Part shown: positions 60,754 through 64,000 of the stretch, in pieces | Numbering within the stretch: position 1 is the first letter of the stretch | Layout of the letters: every line of letters starts with the position of its first letter | Source of the DNA: the human T2T-CHM13v2.0 reference genome, Homo sapiens | Assembly (NCBI RefSeq): GCF_009914755.1 | Contig: NC_060930.1 | Length of the DNA: 64,000 nucleotides | Strand: one strand, 5' to 3' | Notes under the pieces: model-generated | Database searches by the model: none | The model's input: only the letters and a program-made list of their open reading frames with translations | What the model was told of the DNA's origin: nothing | Program-made: the position numbers and the translations under genes

Positions 60754-62391
60754 ACAATGAGATCACATGGACACAGGAAGGGGAATATCACACTCTGGGG
60801 ACTGTGGTTGGGTCGGGGGAGGGGGGAGGGATAGCATTGGGAGATATACCTAATGCTAGATGACACATTAGTGGGTGCAGCGCACCAGCATGGCACATGT
60901 ATACATATGTAACTAACCTGCACAATGTGCACATGTACCCTAAAACTTAGAGTATAATAAAAAAAAAAAAAATAAAGAGAAGCAGATGACTGGTGGAAAA
61001 GGCACCACCCAAGAGAAAGATATACTTGGATTGTATGAACTATGAAATGGGCTTTGAGACAGCAGGAACACCTCAAGAGAGAAACAATAATCCAGTAAAT
61101 ACTAAACATTAAGTGAAATGCCTAGAAAAACTCTTTTAAGATATTTTCACAGGAAATTCAAACATGATAAAGCATAAGGAAATCCACAGAGGTTGCTGAT
61201 AAGTCTTGATTTGCAAACTTATTCATGTTTCTTTCAGATAAATGACATGATGACAGTCAGAAGACACAAGACACTAAATTGTCCCTCAATCCACTGTTCC
61301 AATAGCATATGTGCTCCTGCCTCACTTGACTAGTGAATAGGAGATGAAATCAATTCAGCCAGTGATTACTTTTACTTAATGAATGTCACATCTGAGGTCA
61401 GGGTGTCATATGTGTGTGTGTATTGGAGGGGGTAGCTGTAAAATAACATTGATGTAAGTTTTGTTGTTGCCCCCCTAGGTGGTAAATACCCAAAGTATCA
61501 TTGAATCCTAAGGTTTTATATTTGCTTGTTTTATGCTACATGTAAACCTAAATTAGTGAACATGAAACATTGCAGGAGGGTCCTTCTAAACAACATAGCG
61601 AAACTTGTGGCTCCACTAACTCTTCAACTCAACAATTTGCAGCTCTTTGAACCAAACCTTGTAGTTCATGTGTGTTACTGCTCACTAGAGATATGAGGCT
61701 TGCTAATGTGAAATACATACTTTCCACTCAGATTGTAAGGCCTTGAGACTGTGTCATGGCATAACTTGATTTAATCATTGAGAGGCCTTAATGACCACCC
61801 TTTCCCCTCCTTCAAAGCTAGTCCAATTGAATTTTTGTATAGTGGTGGTGGTGAGAGTAGAACAAAGCAAAATGGGAAAGGTATAGGAGGGAGGAAGAAG
61901 TAGCCACATTCTTAGCCTTACATTTTTACTCAAAAGTTTCTAGAAATGGAAGAAGGTTTGGGCATACTACTCTGTAAAGGGGATGTAATGAAAAGGAAGA
62001 GGCCACGTGGCTCTAATAAAGTCACCTGTTGGGATACCTGCTCCTCACACCTTTCTTCTGTTCCTGTGCCTACCACATACCTGTCTGTGTGTGACTGGGT
62101 GGTGACTCAGTTCTAAACAAGGCATGGAGCTAAGAGGAATCTAGGATATGAACATTTCTCACTTTCAAATAATTTTAGTCTTGAAAAACAGGCTACAAAC
62201 TTGATGCTGGTACTTTGAATTTTCTGATTTAAGGAAAACCTATTTTTTTCTTATGATACAGAAAATAAGAGAACAGAAAGATAAATCGAGGCCAAAAAAG
62301 CAAAACAAACAAAAACATCCCAAATCAGCAAAGCCACTAACATTTGTAAGTATCTTCATAATTATGTAGGGAAGCATCACTTGAAAATCTA

Positions 62392-62736
<345 letters not shown>

Positions 62737-64000
62737 TTAATATGCACATATGGGTTAGCCTAAAAAATTAATTTGAACATTACAGACTACAGGAAGATAA
62801 GTTTTTGTTACATCATCTGGATTTTATTTTTCAGGATGGGTGAATAATAATAAAATAATAACAAAGCTGCAACCTGAAAGCAAAATTCAGTAGTATTCCT
62901 TTTTTTCTGCTTCCAAAATGGACTATTATTTTGAGATCTATAGTTTCAAAATTAATTTGATTTTAAAATTGAGCTAGTATTTTGTCCTAAATGTTTTTAA
63001 CATTGTGGCATCAACCACCTAAGAATAAGCTGCAAAATCTATTAATTTAACATGGTTAATCTAAATCACACCAAATATTGTTGTTAAAATGAAAAGACTA
63101 CACTGTGGGCATTTTTGATACCCAAATCTTTGCTTTGTATGTTTGTTTTGTATGTTTTCAATTATCTCATGATTCACTTGCATGGTCTATACTTACTTGC
63201 ATTTTATTTAGATCTCTTGGCACAATGTTCATTTTGCTTTTGTGAGTTTTTCTGGCATCATTATAATAAACTATTTTAAAATTAGATATTACAATAATTT
63301 ATTTCATACTATCAGTGCCGTGTATTTTATTCTTCACCATCAATATCAGAAGTTACTAAGAGAGAGGGTTGAAAATGAGTTGTCTGAATATTATTGAAAG
63401 TTACCTGGAATATACCCTACTCTCATTTTTGACATATAATAGTACAACTAAAATGTTACAATGTTTGACTTTTTATACTGTTGCGGAAGACACTGAAATG
63501 CAGTAGGTAGTGGCACAATCTTCATTTTAAGGAAATAATAGACTACTTTCTGACAATCTATTTGGATTTAAGCAATGTAGAGTGAGAAGGCAATCAATCT
63601 TTGTTTATATTTAAAGTGTTGCAATGATTAAAAAAGTATGGGGAAGGGCATAGATTTGAAGCAAATACATTATCTGACGATATCTATTTTAATGTAACCT
63701 ACTTTCCATGGTATTAGGAAAAGTATCATAAAAAGAAAGAGTGATTGAAAGGCCTCTGATCAAATCCTCTCTGAATTATTCCTTAAAACACTTGAAAAAC
63801 ACAATTATTGTTTAGATTTTAAGGCAGGCCTGAATTGAATTACTGCTTTAGTACTCAATCTCTTTGAATATCATTATTTTCCAAAATATGTGAAAGTAGG
63901 GATAGATGGAAATTAATTTACTTTGAACATTTAATCATCTACACTGCATGGAGACAGATAACGTTCTTGAGGTTTGGGAGAGTAAAGAAACTGTTGAACT

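Noticed and set aside
60797-60830. G-quadruplex-forming tract
   Set aside because: This is the standard L1 3' UTR G-rich tract, not locus-specific.
61472-61484. CTCF-like motif CCCCTAGGTGGTA
   Set aside because: Two mismatches at informative positions; not supportable without ChIP data.

Overview
Human (hominoid) genomic DNA, AT-rich and repeat-dense. I find no host protein-coding exon, RNA gene or prokaryotic-type system that I can support, so this looks intergenic or deep intronic. The dominant feature is a full-length L1HS Ta-1(nd) element (54934-60972, + strand, 13-bp TSD). Its ORF1 is open but carries T203M and R211T, its antisense ORF0 is intact, and its ORF2 is broken by an 8-bp tandem duplication and a 1-bp deletion. 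Other major elements: a solo LTR12C with a CpG-rich U3 (39755-41144, -), a solo MLT2A1 (48341-48786, -), a nested THE1C LTR carrying an AluSc and a MER52-type LTR (17702-20076), a THE1B inside an old L1MA 3' end, a 5'-truncated L1PA6-like element (26397-28661), 12 Alus, and many old MaLR, L2, MIR, L1M and DNA-transposon relics. Nearly all short ORFs in the track are repeat-derived noise. Subfamily calls come from remembered consensus sequences and should be confirmed with RepeatMasker/Dfam. I see no new biological system. The best leads are element-level oddities: the disabled young L1 that could still make EN-only ORF2 and ORF0, leftward-facing TE promoters, DUX4 motifs, and recent small tandem duplications.
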